Part shown: positions 1-14,514 of the stretch, piece by piece
Layout of the letters: each line of letters begins with the position of its first letter
Position numbering within the stretch: position 1 is the first letter of the stretch
Origin: Octopus vulgaris
Taxonomy: Eukaryota
NCBI GenBank assembly: GCA_951406725.2
Contig: OX597814.1
Coordinates: 210,676,001 to 210,740,000 of the forward strand
Reading direction: 5' to 3'
DNA length: 64,000 nucleotides
Notes under the pieces: generated by a model
Database searches by the model: none
Told to the model about the DNA's origin: nothing
The model's input: only the letters and a program-made list of their open reading frames with translations
Position numbers and translations under genes: made by a program

Positions 1-1649
1 CTAAAACAGTTTTGGACACGATACCCATTTCTTACACATACACAGCATACTTATATACATATATGTGGGTATATCGTACACACACCATCATACATATATA
101 TATGAATGCAAACATGCACAGATACATATAGACATCCATACGTATTTATGCTGAGTATGTTACGTATCAATGTGATATGTGACATTGCATATTATAATTG
201 CTTATAGAAAATGTGTCTTAAGTTCACGCAATATTGAAATGTTTGTCTAATATATAATTATTCAACGTAATTGTTGAAAGGTGACATTAATATTTTTTAG
301 CATTGTTGATCATATAATTTTCCGAAAGCACTAAGTTCTATTGTATTTAGCGATCGAAGAAAATAGATTAATTTGCCCTTATATAGTTTCTTCAAATGTT
401 ATTGGAATACAAAAAATTTGTATTAGAAATCTTGTATCACTCATCATATTTTTCTGAGGAAAACATGATGAGTAAAATTATAGTAAAATATATCTAGAAA
501 AAATTATAATGCAATATATTAAGCAAACACGCATTATTGTAATATCTTAAAATTCCGAAAGAATTACAGTTTTCAAACAGAATTGAAATAATGAAAATGT
601 TGATGCAGATATGAAACGAAAGACAACAAAAATTTCTTTACAATGTTACTGTATAAAGACAAAGAGAAACAGAAACCACATGGCTGTTAAGATAGCAATT
701 CCTTCGTGCATTGTGTTTGGGAGAAACGTAAATATTCCTTTAATTAAAGGCATGATCAACAATAAAGTCAGAAAACAGAAACACAAGCACATGATTTAAT
801 TAGGAATTGTTACACACGCACACACACACACATATACATGTATACATATGTATATAGATACATGCATAATATATATAATATACATACATGCATGTCTAAG
901 TTTTCCCATATTGTTATGAGTATGTTATGTTTGTGATTTTGCGTGCTTGTTTATATATATTTATTTATAAAAATCATGCACATTTACGTTTTCAGTGCTA
1001 TACATTATGAGAAACTTTATTTTATGCATATTTTTAAATAAACACAATAAAAATAAAACTGGCTATCACGAAAATATTACAATAAAACTAACAGAAAATT
1101 GGCATTTGGAATATTATATTTTCATGGTGAATATAGCTTATAAGAGAAAACACAGAACACAGAGCTGTTAGGAATCCCCTTAAGAACATTAAAACAAAAG
1201 ACGTATAAAGATTAAAGCATGAAAATAATCTATTTGCTAAATAGATAAAACAATTATTTCAATCTTTTGTACCGACCTTAATAATACTTTCTCCCACAAA
1301 TCAATGTTATATGAGAAACGAAACCTTCAAGTCTATATTATATACCCAATTTCCGTCTTGATCAATCTATCATTTTTTCTGTCTCTTTCTCTCCATACTC
1401 TCTCTCTCTCTCTCTCTCTCTCTGTCTGTCTTCGACCTTATCTCTCCGTCACTCTCACACACATATAAACACATATTGACATTCTGTAAGCAATTTTACT
1501 TGTCTCTCTTTCCAAGGAATTCACCTTACCTTCGTTCGATGTTCTGCCCCAATATTATATTTCAAATCTCGCAATTATGCGCATTGGATTAATAGGTTTT
1601 ATAACAAATAAAAGGCCAAAGATAAAAAAGAAAAAAGATAAGATTGTGT

Positions 1650-1650
1650 G

Positions 1651-1737
<87 letters not shown>

Positions 1738-1914
1738 ATATATATATGTATATATATATATACATAAATGTATATATATACACATATATATATATATATA
1801 TACACACATATGTATATATATATATATAAATATATATGTATATATTTTCATACAAATATATATGTATATATATACACATACACACACACACACATATATA
1901 TAAATATACTTACA

Positions 1915-1971
<57 letters not shown>

Positions 1972-1988
1972 AGTATTTATGCATTTAG

Positions 1989-2026
<38 letters not shown>

Positions 2027-2150
2027 ACACACACGTATACACCCACATGTTGTACAGTTCCCGTAGTACAGTTTTTTTGAAGTATTTGAATGCAAATGTA
2101 TGTGCATTCATCTATAAATATGCACACAAACATAAATATATGTATTGGTG

Positions 2151-2181
<31 letters not shown>

Positions 2182-2200
2182 ATGTGCGTGTGTGAGTGTG
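1650..2200. repeat. Compound (TA)n/(CA)n/(TG)n microsatellite field
   Basis: Direct reading; it produces the spurious YI/HT/CV-repeat ORFs in the track. Confidence 0.95.
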
Positions 2201-2489
2201 TATAAGCAAGCATGCATTAGGCATAAGTATAAAAATACAAACATATAACAGCATATAGATGTGTGTATTTGCTTGTATTTGTGTGTAAGAATACGTATTA
2301 GACATTGACTGAAGAGGAACTGGAAGAGGAATGAGAAGAATGAAACATCCGCAAGATTAATGGGAAGAAGCAATGAATATATAAGTAGGAAAATGGGGGA
2401 ATTGCGAAAAAGTATGAAAGAACATCAATAAAACATGAATAATATTATGAGAAATAGTTGATTCATTGGTAAATTATCATCATTATCGT

Positions 2490-2890
<401 letters not shown>

Positions 2891-3734
2891 ATAAATTCCA
2901 GCATATATTTAGAAATACATACATGCACTGCGATTTCCTTTATGTTGTATAGGAATTTATCTGCAGGTATTTGAATGTTCAAAAATTATAGCCTGTAAAG
3001 AGCGAAACAAAAAATCGATAGGTGTATAACGATTTATTTAATATTCGGTTATAACCACTCATTTAGCGTTCAAATCTGTGAACTAGTGTCAATTTAATGG
3101 CTTATTAATTCATTAATAGACAAACGGTGAAGAAGATGAAGTGAATAAAGATTATTAAATTGCATTTAAAAAATGCTTTCCTTATGAGATCTGTTATTAT
3201 CTTTAAAAAAAAAATTGAAGTATATTAGTCTGTATATAGCACATATGCAATGCACTCAATTACCTACTTAGAAACTTATACACACACGTATTTTGAAGTA
3301 TCTATAAACATATTTGCACCGACGTTTCAGACGCTCAAAATTTCAAGGAATCTTTAACAAATATTGTATAACGCTCTGAAAGTTCTCGTAATCCGTCTCT
3401 AGATTTTCCTTTGCTCTGTTATCCGTGCCACAAGATAATACTTCATGAGAAACTTGATCCTCCATAAATGAGTAGAGCAAAAATATTCGCACTATCCAAA
3501 TACTCTATTGAGAGCATAGTGAAACGTTGCTCACTGTTTCAGATATTTCTTATATTGTTAATTAGTATTTTATTCTGCAAAAGTATAAAATATCTTCAAT
3601 AAGTCTAAAAGACAAGCACCTGACACACGCACATATATAGTAGATATGCTTATATTAAATAGAAAATTAAACAATGAATACACATGCACATACACAACAC
3701 ATACACTCAAACACATACACCATAAAAAAAATAT

Positions 3735-5225
3735 ATTTAGTTTCAGCTCAAAGCTGTGTCTATGCTGGGAAACCGCCGTTTTGCTACATGTTATCATTGA
3801 GAGCCTCATCTAATATGTGACATTTGGTGAATAAGGGAGTTTGATGTCGCATCCCTGATTGGCAAATCTTGCTGTGAGGTAGGTTGATCGGAGACTATCG
3901 ACAAGAAGAGGTCCAGGTGTGATTTGAAAACACTTCCATCCACTTTGTATAGGTCTCTCAGGCGCTTTGGGAGAATATTAAAAAGCTTCGGTCCACTGAA
4001 ACCCAGGCTGTTGCAGTAACCATTTCTGAAGCGCGATGGCGTTGCTGGAGTCTTGGGCACAGTGCACTGTCAACACGTTTTGACATTTGTGCAGCTTCCA
4101 ATGCCACAATGTGGCACAATTACTTCCAGATGTATATTACTGTATGCCTCTCCGGCCTTCCCTCCAGGGAGTAGAGTCTTAGCTGTTTCAGCCTTTCCCA
4201 GTAGCTGAGCTGTTGCAAAGAGACGATCTTCTTTGTGAAGCGCGCTGGATTGCTTGAAAATCCACTGTTAATGTTGACTGACCATAGCCGGGAGCAGTAA
4301 TCCAGGCGGCTGAAGACGAATGTCCTCCAGAGGACCATCATGGTTTCTTTCTCTCTGGTTCTGAACATTGACAGGATCCATCCAGCCAGTCATCTGCCCT
4401 TTGTCACCATCCTGGTAATGTGCACTTGGAAAGACGTATCATCACTCATGTCGATACTCAGGTCACTCCCCGATTTAGGCTCTGGGATTGTAATCCCATG
4501 TGGACCAGTGTACCCCGTAGATTTTAGATTCAGTTTTGGACGTTGGTAGCGCTGGATTTGGAATGTTTGCAGTATTTAGCTGCCTATTATTGTCCACAGC
4601 CCATTCGTAAATTAAATCCAACACATGCTGCAGGCATGCAACACCGCTGCTGTTCTGTATTTTCTGCGAGACTTTCGCATCGTCTGCATACCTAGCAAGG
4701 ATGGCTATCCCGGGCAGCTCAGGGCATATCTGAGAGGGCTACTCTGAAAAGAAGTTTTCCCAAGACAGTGCCCTCTGGAACATCACTCTCCAAGTTTCCC
4801 TGCTATGCAAAGATCACGCAATGTATGGCGTATTATACCATGATCCACTTCATCAAAATCTTTTGCAAGGTCAAGGTATATTTGAGATGTTGGGTAATTG
4901 CCTCAACACTCAGTCGTAGTGCTGTAAGTGCTGGATTAGGGAGCTGATACCTGGTCGATAACCATGCTCAGCAAGTCCTTTACTTCTAGGAATACGATTA
5001 TTTTCCCTCTGACTATCCGTTCCCTGATTTTGCTGATGTGTGGAGTCAGAGCGATTGGGCTATAGTTTTTGGCATTTGCTCTGCTTTCTCCTTTATCGGT
5101 TGGGTATATTATTGCCTCCTTCCGCTTGCTTAGCAGCCTGCCAATTGCAACGAGCTCTGTACGTTAATATGTAGTGGTTTCGCACGAGCAAGCGTGTACG
5201 ATTTGAGGAGGATTGCTGGGAAACA
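3735..5225 (-). mobile_element. 5'-truncated, decayed CR1-group LINE (RT domain, C-terminus and 3' UTR)
   Basis: Minus-strand translation gives ordered RT motifs: AKNYSPIALTPHISK (~5030-5075), IYLDLAKDFDEVDHG (~4838-4880), DVPEGTVLG (GVPQG-like, ~4760-4785), YADD (4679-4690), SRLDYCS, and LSYWERLKQLRLYSLE. The C-terminus is NSLIHQMSHIR* (3806). Frameshifts, stops and an internal deletion are present. Confidence 0.9.
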
Positions 5226-6009
5226 TTATTTTGAGACATTCTTCAATTTCACACTATATTTAAATAATCATCTGATATATATCGCAAGTATTGTCGATGT
5301 GTGTGGAGGTGAAGTATGATTTGAAAACACATGTCACTAAACGATCTAAGAGATATGTACCCCTAAAAATAACATATTTGCACAAATATTAAACCGATAT
5401 GACGAAAACAAGTATAACTAATTTAAAATGTCATTTTACAAAATTAGTAACTCATTCTCGAAACAGGGTTTTCAGAATAACGAATTTGAAATCAATATAA
5501 ATTAAGAATCATTTATTGCATAAAACAAATTAACAGCTATTTTAATTCAGGGATAAAAATCCGCCCACAATTAATTAAAACGCATATTTCCATTAACCCA
5601 GGATACCTAAAAACTTTAGGTATCGTAGTTTAGTATATATAAGTGGTGATTGTGTTAAGGTGTAAAAGTTTAGCTATTGGCAGTGAAATCGGCCATGTAT
5701 CTACACATGCATGCGTATCTCTAGATAATCTCTCTGTAAGTATGTATACGTGAGTATATATTTATATAGCTATATAATACACACAACAGCGCGTGAGCGC
5801 ACACACTAACGCAAGCACACATATATGAATATAAAGATAGGTATATGGATAAGGATAGATAAAATAAATAGATATATAGATTGATAGACAGAAATATAGA
5901 TAAATAGATATATAGATAGATAGATGGAGTTAAAGAGACATGCACTTGTAATTTATGCGGGTGTGCACGCACTTTCGTATGTAAACATTTGCAACATATG
6001 TATGTAAAT

Positions 6010-6470
6010 TTTCAATTTACAACAATAGTTAACCTATGGTAATTCCAATTTTAACCTCTCCGACAGAATAATTATATAACCCCAATTTTTTTATCTCTCC
6101 CTTACTATATCAGAGAATTTCTGTAGTTGGTATCGACTTTTCTAACAATCTAACTCTCCCCAGCAACCAGCTTCAATTAACTCAATCGATTATGCAAATT
6201 TAAATTAACTATCGAACTTAGAGACACCGTCATAACCTCTGGGTGATAACCACCGAGAAACTCAAGTCCAAGAGTATCTCCCCACGCAATTACTAATCGG
6301 TCACAGACTGTGTGTAGTTTGCCAACTGGATATGTCTTCCTGGGGCTATAAGCATCAGTAGCACTGTCCTGTATAGGACACCACACTTATTTGGCGAATA
6401 TATATTACGGTTCCGTAGTGATACTGTTGACATCATGCTCAGAGATTTAACATAGCATAGTCTCTCTTTT
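6010..6470. mobile_element. Interspersed repeat fragment ending at a (TA)n array, with possible decayed hammerhead remnant (GAAACTCAAGTC at ~6257-6268)
   Basis: Complex sequence abutting (TA)n. It has a GAAA-stem III-GUC half motif but no intact CUGANGA. Confidence 0.3.
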
Positions 6471-6490
6471 CTATATATATATATATATAT

Positions 6491-6680
6491 AGTTAATCCA
6501 AACATGAAAACACAAAGAGAAAACACAACAACGCGAGGACGTGGAACAAATATAGTATTATTGGACGCTCAGGAAAGAAGGAAAGAAGGAGGGTTTAACG
6601 TTTCGAGCGGAGCTCTTCGTTGGAAACATAGGAGAAGGGAAGACAGAGGGAAAAAATTGCCAACGGTACACATGCGGTCA
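6491..6680 (-). mobile_element. Short hammerhead-bearing repeat (probable Penelope-like pLTR fragment), between (TA)n and (CA)n
   Basis: Homologous to 51606-51800 and 57003-57160. Minus strand 6627-6593 reads GTTT-CCAACGA-A-GAGC-TCC-GCTC-GAAA-CG-TT-AAAC. Confidence 0.75.
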
Positions 6681-6704
6681 AACACACACACACACTCACA
6701 CACA

Positions 6705-6787
<83 letters not shown>

Positions 6788-7630
6788 CAAACAATATATA
6801 TATATATTTTACCACAATCCTAAACAGTCTAGTCCGGGGCAAATCCCTGGATAGTAATTGAGCTTTTGACATACTGAAATCAATAAGAGCAATAATGTAT
6901 TTTCTGTTTATCTAAACACACACGTACACGCGCACTCGCGTTTATGAATGAATGAATAATGAATGAAATGATCCGTCAAGGAATAATTTTGCTGGAGTGA
7001 AAGCTTTCCTAAAATAAGTATATGTATTACTCACTACACGTTATTTCAGTATGACAGTTTTTTTTCAATAATATATCATTTAACTGCATATGCAGTACAT
7101 ACCATCGACCTTTTAACTTTTGGCTTGTGCTCAGTTGTACAAACAAGTTGTTTTTAAATATATATGCTGAACACGAGGTGATACTGAACTTATTCATCAT
7201 ACCATGCCTTCTTCATTTCGAACTATAAGGTGCAATTTATGTTTACCATCAGCGGAAATCTCATCTCCGCTGACATCAGCATTTAATGAAGAAAGTCATG
7301 ATTTCATTAAACGTTCAGATTTTCTTTGAGGAAGTAATAAAACTTTGCAGGAATTTCAAAATATCATTTATCCGTTGCGTTAGACGTTTAAATATGTTTC
7401 ATCAGAGCTGGTGTGCAATAATTTATTTTATAGGAAAAAAAAATAGTCTGAGCGTAGTTGAACCATGTTACCTTCATGCCTTTCTCCTGGATAACTTTTG
7501 GTATGTCAATTATTGCCTTCAGCAGAGTGCATCACTGATAAAGAGCACGATTTTAAAGCATTAATACGACTAGTCCCATATAAGATTAAAAACTATCAAC
7601 AAGTGTTTGATACGATATAATGAAACACAA

Positions 7631-7820
7631 GGCCGGGCGAAATGCGTAGTGGTATTTCGTCTGTCGTTACGTTGTGAGTTCAAATTTCGCCGTGGTCGAC
7701 TTTGCCTTTCATCCTTTCGGAGTCGATAAATTAAGTAACGGTTGCGTACTGGGTCAATCTAATCGACTGGCTCCCTCCCCCAGGATTTCAGGCCTTGTGC
7801 CTAGAGTATAAAAGAATATA
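7631..7820 (+). mobile_element. tRNA-derived SINE, group B (Nin-like core), 5'-truncated
   Basis: B-box-like GAGTTCAAAT, core GGTCGACTTTGCCTTTCATCCTTTCGGAGTCGATAAATTAAG, tail GGCCTTGTGCCTAGAGTA; matches the copies at 33264 and 49510. Confidence 0.9.
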
Positions 7821-8041
7821 AGGAAACACAACATTTGTGATGTAAATATTAATATTAAGGTGTAATTTAAGGAACTGGTGTGTTGGCGCTACATTTGTTC
7901 TTTTAAGGGTGGGTAAAAAAGCTTGACAATGATAAGCCTTATGCGTTGTAATCGATATATCTCTCAATGGATATGTTACACGATGTGCCAGTGTCAAATA
8001 TCAATATCAACTTTTAATTACACATGATATAGAGTACTCGT

Positions 8042-8093
<52 letters not shown>

Positions 8094-9546
8094 TACTAAA
8101 TGAATATATACAATTTTATAATTTTAAATACTATAAATATACACCATAAATGATGTTACAAGCTATGAAATAATCCATTTTAAACATCCCGCTCACCAAG
8201 TACTTTTCTTATTTCCTTTCGTCAAGAAATATACCTAGGACATTTGTTTTGGATATTAGAAATTGCAGTCGCAATTTAAAAAGGTTTGTAACTTAAGTAA
8301 TCACGACTAACATATTGTAATATCAATTATTTATATAACATAGCTAATAATAATTGCCTCATTATTCTAATGATACAGTGTTACGAGAAGGAAATACAAG
8401 TATCAGAGTTGTGTGCGATTGAGTTGTAAACCAAAAAGAATTGCAAGTATATAAATTGTTTACAATTACAAAGTAGTCATGATCTGAAGTCATACAGAAT
8501 TTGCCACAAGCTTCAGCTACTCTTTCTTAAATCTAATAATCAACAGCGTATTGTTGATAGAGAACAAATCACATTTTTTCAACAAGTGTTGCTGACATAT
8601 TAGGGTGTATTTCTACTGTCACCTCACTAATGTCTGTCACAAAACTTATGCTTCGTAATCACTAAAATAATTAAAACGTATTATACCGATGCGCGAAATG
8701 CAGTTAATGGCTAAATCAACGGACATCGATTAAGATGCTATAGTGATATTATAATGAAAATGACAATTTTCAAAATATGATATAACAGTAAAGTGTACAG
8801 CAGTAAATGAAATCCTACTTTGTGTAACTATTAGATGTTTGAAGTAAAGACTAGTGTCGATTGAATAAAATGCTATGTTGACATAAACATAATGTTAATT
8901 CTAAAATCATGAAGTGAAGATCCTGCGTGGTGTCTAAAGCTAATATGGGTGGCTAATTACTTGATGCTAATTAGATAGCTATGTAATCAACAAAAACATA
9001 ACCTTTGATTTATACTTCTATATCAAGTGACAACTATGTGAATATATTTTTTTTTAAAATTGGAATAATTATGCTAAGAGGAAAAAATTAAAGACTAAAG
9101 TTTTCCTTTGGTTTTTTTCTGGGCATCATGATGAGACAGTCAGAGGATGTTTCTTTCTACGATCAGTAAATTAAAAAGAAGCAGAAAATATTTTTGTCAT
9201 GATTCATTAATCGATTAATTCAGTATATTCATTTCCCCTCTTACATCGATGTATTCGCATAAAAACACACACAAGCTCATACAGATAAAATCGCGTGTAT
9301 GCGCGCACAGCTCCGCACATATTAACGTATGCACACTTAGTCGCACGTTTACATACGCGCATATTTTCTACATTACTACATATATATCACTGCCTTGATA
9401 TGTATATGTGTGTGTATAGACATGCACACACACAAACACACACAAGCACACACACATGTTTCGGAGATGATCCATATACATACATTATTATCTACATTAT
9501 TATATATACACACATTATTATCTACATATGAAGAAGAGTGTATTTT

Positions 9547-9603
<57 letters not shown>

Positions 9604-9694
9604 TTGTGTGTGTGTGTTTGTGTGTGTATGTATATATGTATGTATATCATATATATATATATATATAGCAATTCATGTACATTTTTTTATTCTT

Positions 9695-9926
9695 TTAATC
9701 TTTTGGTTGTTTTAGTCATTTCATTGCAGCCATGCCGGGGCAAAAGCTTGAAGTAGCTTTTTATTTATCGAAGTAATCAAACACAAGACACATCTGTTTT
9801 AAGCCTAGTAATTATTCTATCGGTCCATGTTGCCTAACCACTGTGTTACGGGGACGTAAACACACCAACGCTGATTGTGAAGTTGTGATGGGAGAACGAT
9901 ACAGCCACAAAAACGCACACACACTC

Positions 9927-9973
<47 letters not shown>

Positions 9974-10240
9974 TATATACATATATATTATATATATATT
10001 TATATATACATACACATATATAAACATTGTGTGCATGTACACACACATACACAAATATACACACATACACACATACACACACACAATCACACACACATAT
10101 ATATATACACCCACGGGCACAATTTTTTTTCGTCTACCAAATCCACTTTGGTCGCCCCGATTTTATTGAAGAAAACACGTAATGTGACTGAATCCGGGAA
10201 CATGTTTTCCGGAAGCAAACTTCTTACCATACGGCCACAT
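9695..10240 (-). mobile_element. tRNA-derived SINE, group A (internal microsatellite, CR1-like tail), diverged
   Basis: Reverse complement of the 52153-52607 family: TTTACGTCCCCGTAAC, GATAGAAT, GGATTTGGTAGACG, TGGTAAGAAGTTTGCTTCC. Confidence 0.85.
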
Positions 10241-10548
10241 GTATACATTCATGTCTATATATTAATAGATTTAAATGTATTTATAAAAGTCTATGTACGT
10301 TATAAATATATGTATATAATTTCCATTGTATTCATATCCGCACATCTCCAATATAGCGATATAATGAAAACAAATTATAATTGATTAGGTTGTCAACAAC
10401 AACTTCACACTCGGCATTGAACTATTGATGTGAAAATTTGACGCACATACAATGAATGATACTCGGCGCAGAAAGTTGTTCACATTATTACTTTGGTATG
10501 GGTTTATGCAAAATGTCACGTATTACAATATTTTTTATGAGTATAATT

Positions 10549-10588
<40 letters not shown>

Positions 10589-11353
10589 AACCGGAATTTA
10601 TATATCAAATCATAACCTTCATATACAAAGACAGTGATACGCACACAAAAATGCATATATATATGTACATGCAAAATCCACGCAGACACATATAAGCACA
10701 TACATGTAGAAATATATATCTACACTCATGCACACACACACATACACACACAAACACAGGTATATATCCACTCTCTCTTTCTCTCTCTCTCTCTCTCTCG
10801 CTCTCTCTCTCTCTCTACGTACATACAAGTGTGTACATATATATATTTATAACTTCTTCAACAATTACTCTATATTATTTTATGTTATGGTTATACAGAA
10901 TGTGAAAACTACACGTTATTTATCACTACCTGTGGATAAACATAAGTGAATATATATAAACGTATGTAAATAAACGTATCTTACTTACCACCAGATCTTA
11001 TTTTCTGAGTAAAATCCACTGATAACAGTACAGTCGGTGATTCCCATGTTTCGTCGCCGCACAAGTGCGTTAAGTTATTGTAAATTATTTATAAAAATCA
11101 ATGATAGCACTAATAATTCATTAACAATAATATTATTGTTATGTTACTCAATATAGTTATACATACATGTGTATATATATTTATATTGCTTAGAGTTTAC
11201 CTATTTGTGTTATTTTTCAAAAAATATTTGAATGAATAATTCCAGGGTTACATATGCTAAAATTTTGCTTAAAATAATGGTAAAATATCTAAGTTATTTT
11301 GTATGATTTTTTTTTTTTTGGTTTTGCTTCTTTCACGAGATAATATACCGTAC

Positions 11354-11481
11354 GTCAGTTCTTCTAGCGCGGGACAATGAATGAAGAAAGTCTCATTAAT
11401 GCCATGTATAAACTGCAGCTTACAACGAGCTTTCAACGCAACAGGCACCTTGGATGATCCATCAAGTCTTCAGTAGGCCAC
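11354..11481 (-). other. Candidate non-coding (lncRNA or 5' UTR) exon
   Basis: Strong acceptor ttttttttccttctcattttctcactgcag|G and moderate donor GAC|gtacgg; stop codons in all three frames. Confidence 0.4.
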
Positions 11482-13269
11482 CTGCAGTGAGAAAATGAGA
11501 AGGAAAAAAAATAGAATATGATGATGAAAATATAAAAATGTGAAAAAGAAATCGAAGAATTTAGAGTTGCTAGTTAACAGTGAAATAAATAAATAAATAA
11601 ATGAAAATGGGAAGGGGGTAGAAAGAAGAAATAAATAATATTAAACAATAAGATGCTAGTTGGAGAGGAGATAGAATGCGGATGGTTTACGAAACGACAT
11701 TTCTTCAAGAACAATGGTCAGTGAAGTTGAAAGAAAATCTGAATGCAGTTTCCTGTATTGCATACGTAAGACCACTGGAGCGCAAAATAGGAATATGAAG
11801 CTACTAAAGAGAAAAAAATATTCAGCATTTTAAAGAAAAAAGTCATTGATAGAAACGGTTGTAAATACATTAGTAGTTGTGCTAGTAGAGGTGTAAGTGT
11901 TGATGGCAATGCTTGTACTAGTGATGTTTGTTGCCAGTATAAGGAAACTTTACCGAGGATGCATATGGTATGCTGCTGTTTGTAGTTCATTTGTGTTTGC
12001 ATATAGCGTTCCTATGTTTGTTACATGACACTCGAGAAACACGATATGGTTGGATGACTGCATTTCTTTTTATCCGTGTCCACTTACACATACATACAAA
12101 TGTGTGTGTGTGTGTGGGGGGTTGTGTGTGTGTAATATCTCGTATGTGAATTATTACTAGTACTAAAAGTTCTATTTGCGCTTTAGAAAACTTTGTTTAC
12201 CCACAGGAGAGTAAATGTTATCCACTGTGGTTTCTTCTAGCAATAATCCATAGGAAACTGTGTCACCTTTTGCGAAATAATATGAACTAATGTAGCTTAG
12301 GTATTTTATTCATACGGAAAAATTTAGTTGTTCACTGGTTCAGATTGCATACATATATTTTTCACACTAATGAATGAAAAATAAAGGGCGTTGGCAAAAC
12401 GAGCAGAAACGAGCAAGTGAATTACAAAAAAAATGAAATTAACGTCTAGATGGATAGAGTTTGAAAATAATCAAAGATGCCGATTTTGTACTTTAATACT
12501 TGCTTAATCAGGGTTTCGATAAAATACATATTATTGAAATATCTGCTAAATATTTAAACTTCAGTAAAATCATTTGCTACGACACATTTCTTTCGACACA
12601 GTTTTCTTTCAAATTTGATTTAGAAGCAATTCGAGGTATTTATTCGAAATTGAGCACACGTACACAAGGAATGTGTGTTGTTAGTTCGTGGGTCGGCTGG
12701 GGTTCTTAGACGTAAGAGAATATATTCTCTATGTGAATGATTTTTAAGAAAACCCAGAAAACTGAATGCAAGTCTGTCAAGCGAGACAACTCACAAGTCC
12801 CTTCTCAGATAGACGGATATTGATATTTCGGCATTGTTTTGACTTATCAATGTCGCATACCAGTATGCTTGACTATGGCTTACATTCAGAAAAAGTTTAT
12901 ACATCACAAGCATAGAGAATATATTCTCTTGTGCCTATGAACCACAGCCAACCACCGAACTAACTAATATCTTGTGTATGTGTGTTCGGTTTTGTTTAGA
13001 GTTATCTTTGTTCTAAAGACAAATAAATTAACTATGCCAGATGAGATCACAGCTGTGCTGAAAATCAATGTATGCAGCTGCATATATCATCATTTGTCAA
13101 AACTCTCTTGTCTTTATTGTAACCTTTTTTTAACATTGATGATGGGTCATACAAAACAGACATTCTACACTTGACATGTAGAATCCCTGTTAACATAACA
13201 TATATCTGCCTCCAGTCTTCTATATCACTTTTCAGCGAGCAGGCAGAATTGTTATCATACAGGGGAAAA

Positions 13270-13440
13270 TACTCAGCGACATTTCTTGCATCTTTACATT
13301 CTGAGTTCAAACACCGCGAAAGATTACTTTAACTTTCATTATACCGGGCTCGAATTGATATGCACCAATTGCAAGCTAGTTTCCATGTAAGTGACTAGCC
13401 CCCTCCTACGAAATTTCAGAATTTGCCCCTATATTAGGAA
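13270..13440 (+). mobile_element. Highly diverged group B SINE
   Basis: TTCTGAGTTCAAACACCGCGAAAGATTACTTTAACTTTCAT and the CCCCTCC...AAATTTCAG tail resemble group B. Confidence 0.6.
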
Positions 13441-14199
13441 CAAGAAATTTTGTATTTTCCTTAGAATGTCTAGGATTTAAAAAACACAAACTAGTAAAAT
13501 ATGTTGAGGTTCGTACATATGCAATCAATGATAATTTAATATCTCATTGTTTTTGTCATTCTAATATTGGAACACACGAATTGAAACTGCTAAAATAGGA
13601 CAACATCGTGTATGTATTGCTCTTTAATCCTCTGTCAATATGGCTTCTAACATTCTACTATAGATTAAATGTGTCGATGCAGTATTCCAGAATACTACGT
13701 ACACATGATGATAATTTAAAATAGTTTTCTTTAAAACATAGAAAGCGTAAGCGACATGAAAAAACAGGAAATTGATTTTTCTAAAGCTATTTCGCGTTTT
13801 TAAATAATAACAACCGTTTTCCATACCACCCACTCTAATGGAAAAATTTTAACACTAGTAGACTTTCTGTGAACACTAATACTATTATCTGATATTATAT
13901 TTCCAGCTTGTTTTCAAGGCTTATTTTCTGAACTTAATTACGTGATATATTTTAGCATATATTTTATGTAAATGACATATTTTTAGTGTTTCAGATATGA
14001 ATATGAAAATCGAGAGGTTTCGTAGATGATGTATATACATACATACACACACACGCACACACACACACATACACACACACACACACATACACACACAAAC
14101 ACATATATGTTTATACATATATGCGTATTCGTGAGTGTGTGCATGTGCATGTGTGTGCATTGTATATTATATATATCTTCCACAAACACACACACATAC

Positions 14200-14259
<60 letters not shown>

Positions 14260-14514
14260 GTGTGTGTGTGCCGGGCGGGCGTGAGTGCATGTGCATGTGT
14301 GTATATTATATATATCTTATATCTTATATTTATATATATACATATATATATATATAGAGAGAGAGAGTCACATATACACACACATATACTAGTGCGCACT
14401 CGGGATCTTTAAGATATTTTGCATTAATTTTGATTTCATTGCTCTAATGTATTTTCATAAGTATACATAAGGCATGCATGTGGAAGGAACGTAGGCAAGA
14501 ACGCCGCCCACCCG

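Noticed and set aside
1555-2373. 272-aa ORF and the many other YI/HT/CV/YLSI/poly-N ORFs in the track
   Set aside because: They are translations of stop-free microsatellites, with no domain signal.
7020-7620. Possible decayed DNA transposon
   Set aside because: No diagnostic motif or terminal repeat could be recovered by eye.
12815-12856. Possible U3-A8 hammerhead variant on the minus strand (TTGATAAG...CGAAATATC)
   Set aside because: Stem I does not pair in the required register and stem II is mismatched; a simple 10-bp inverted repeat explains it.
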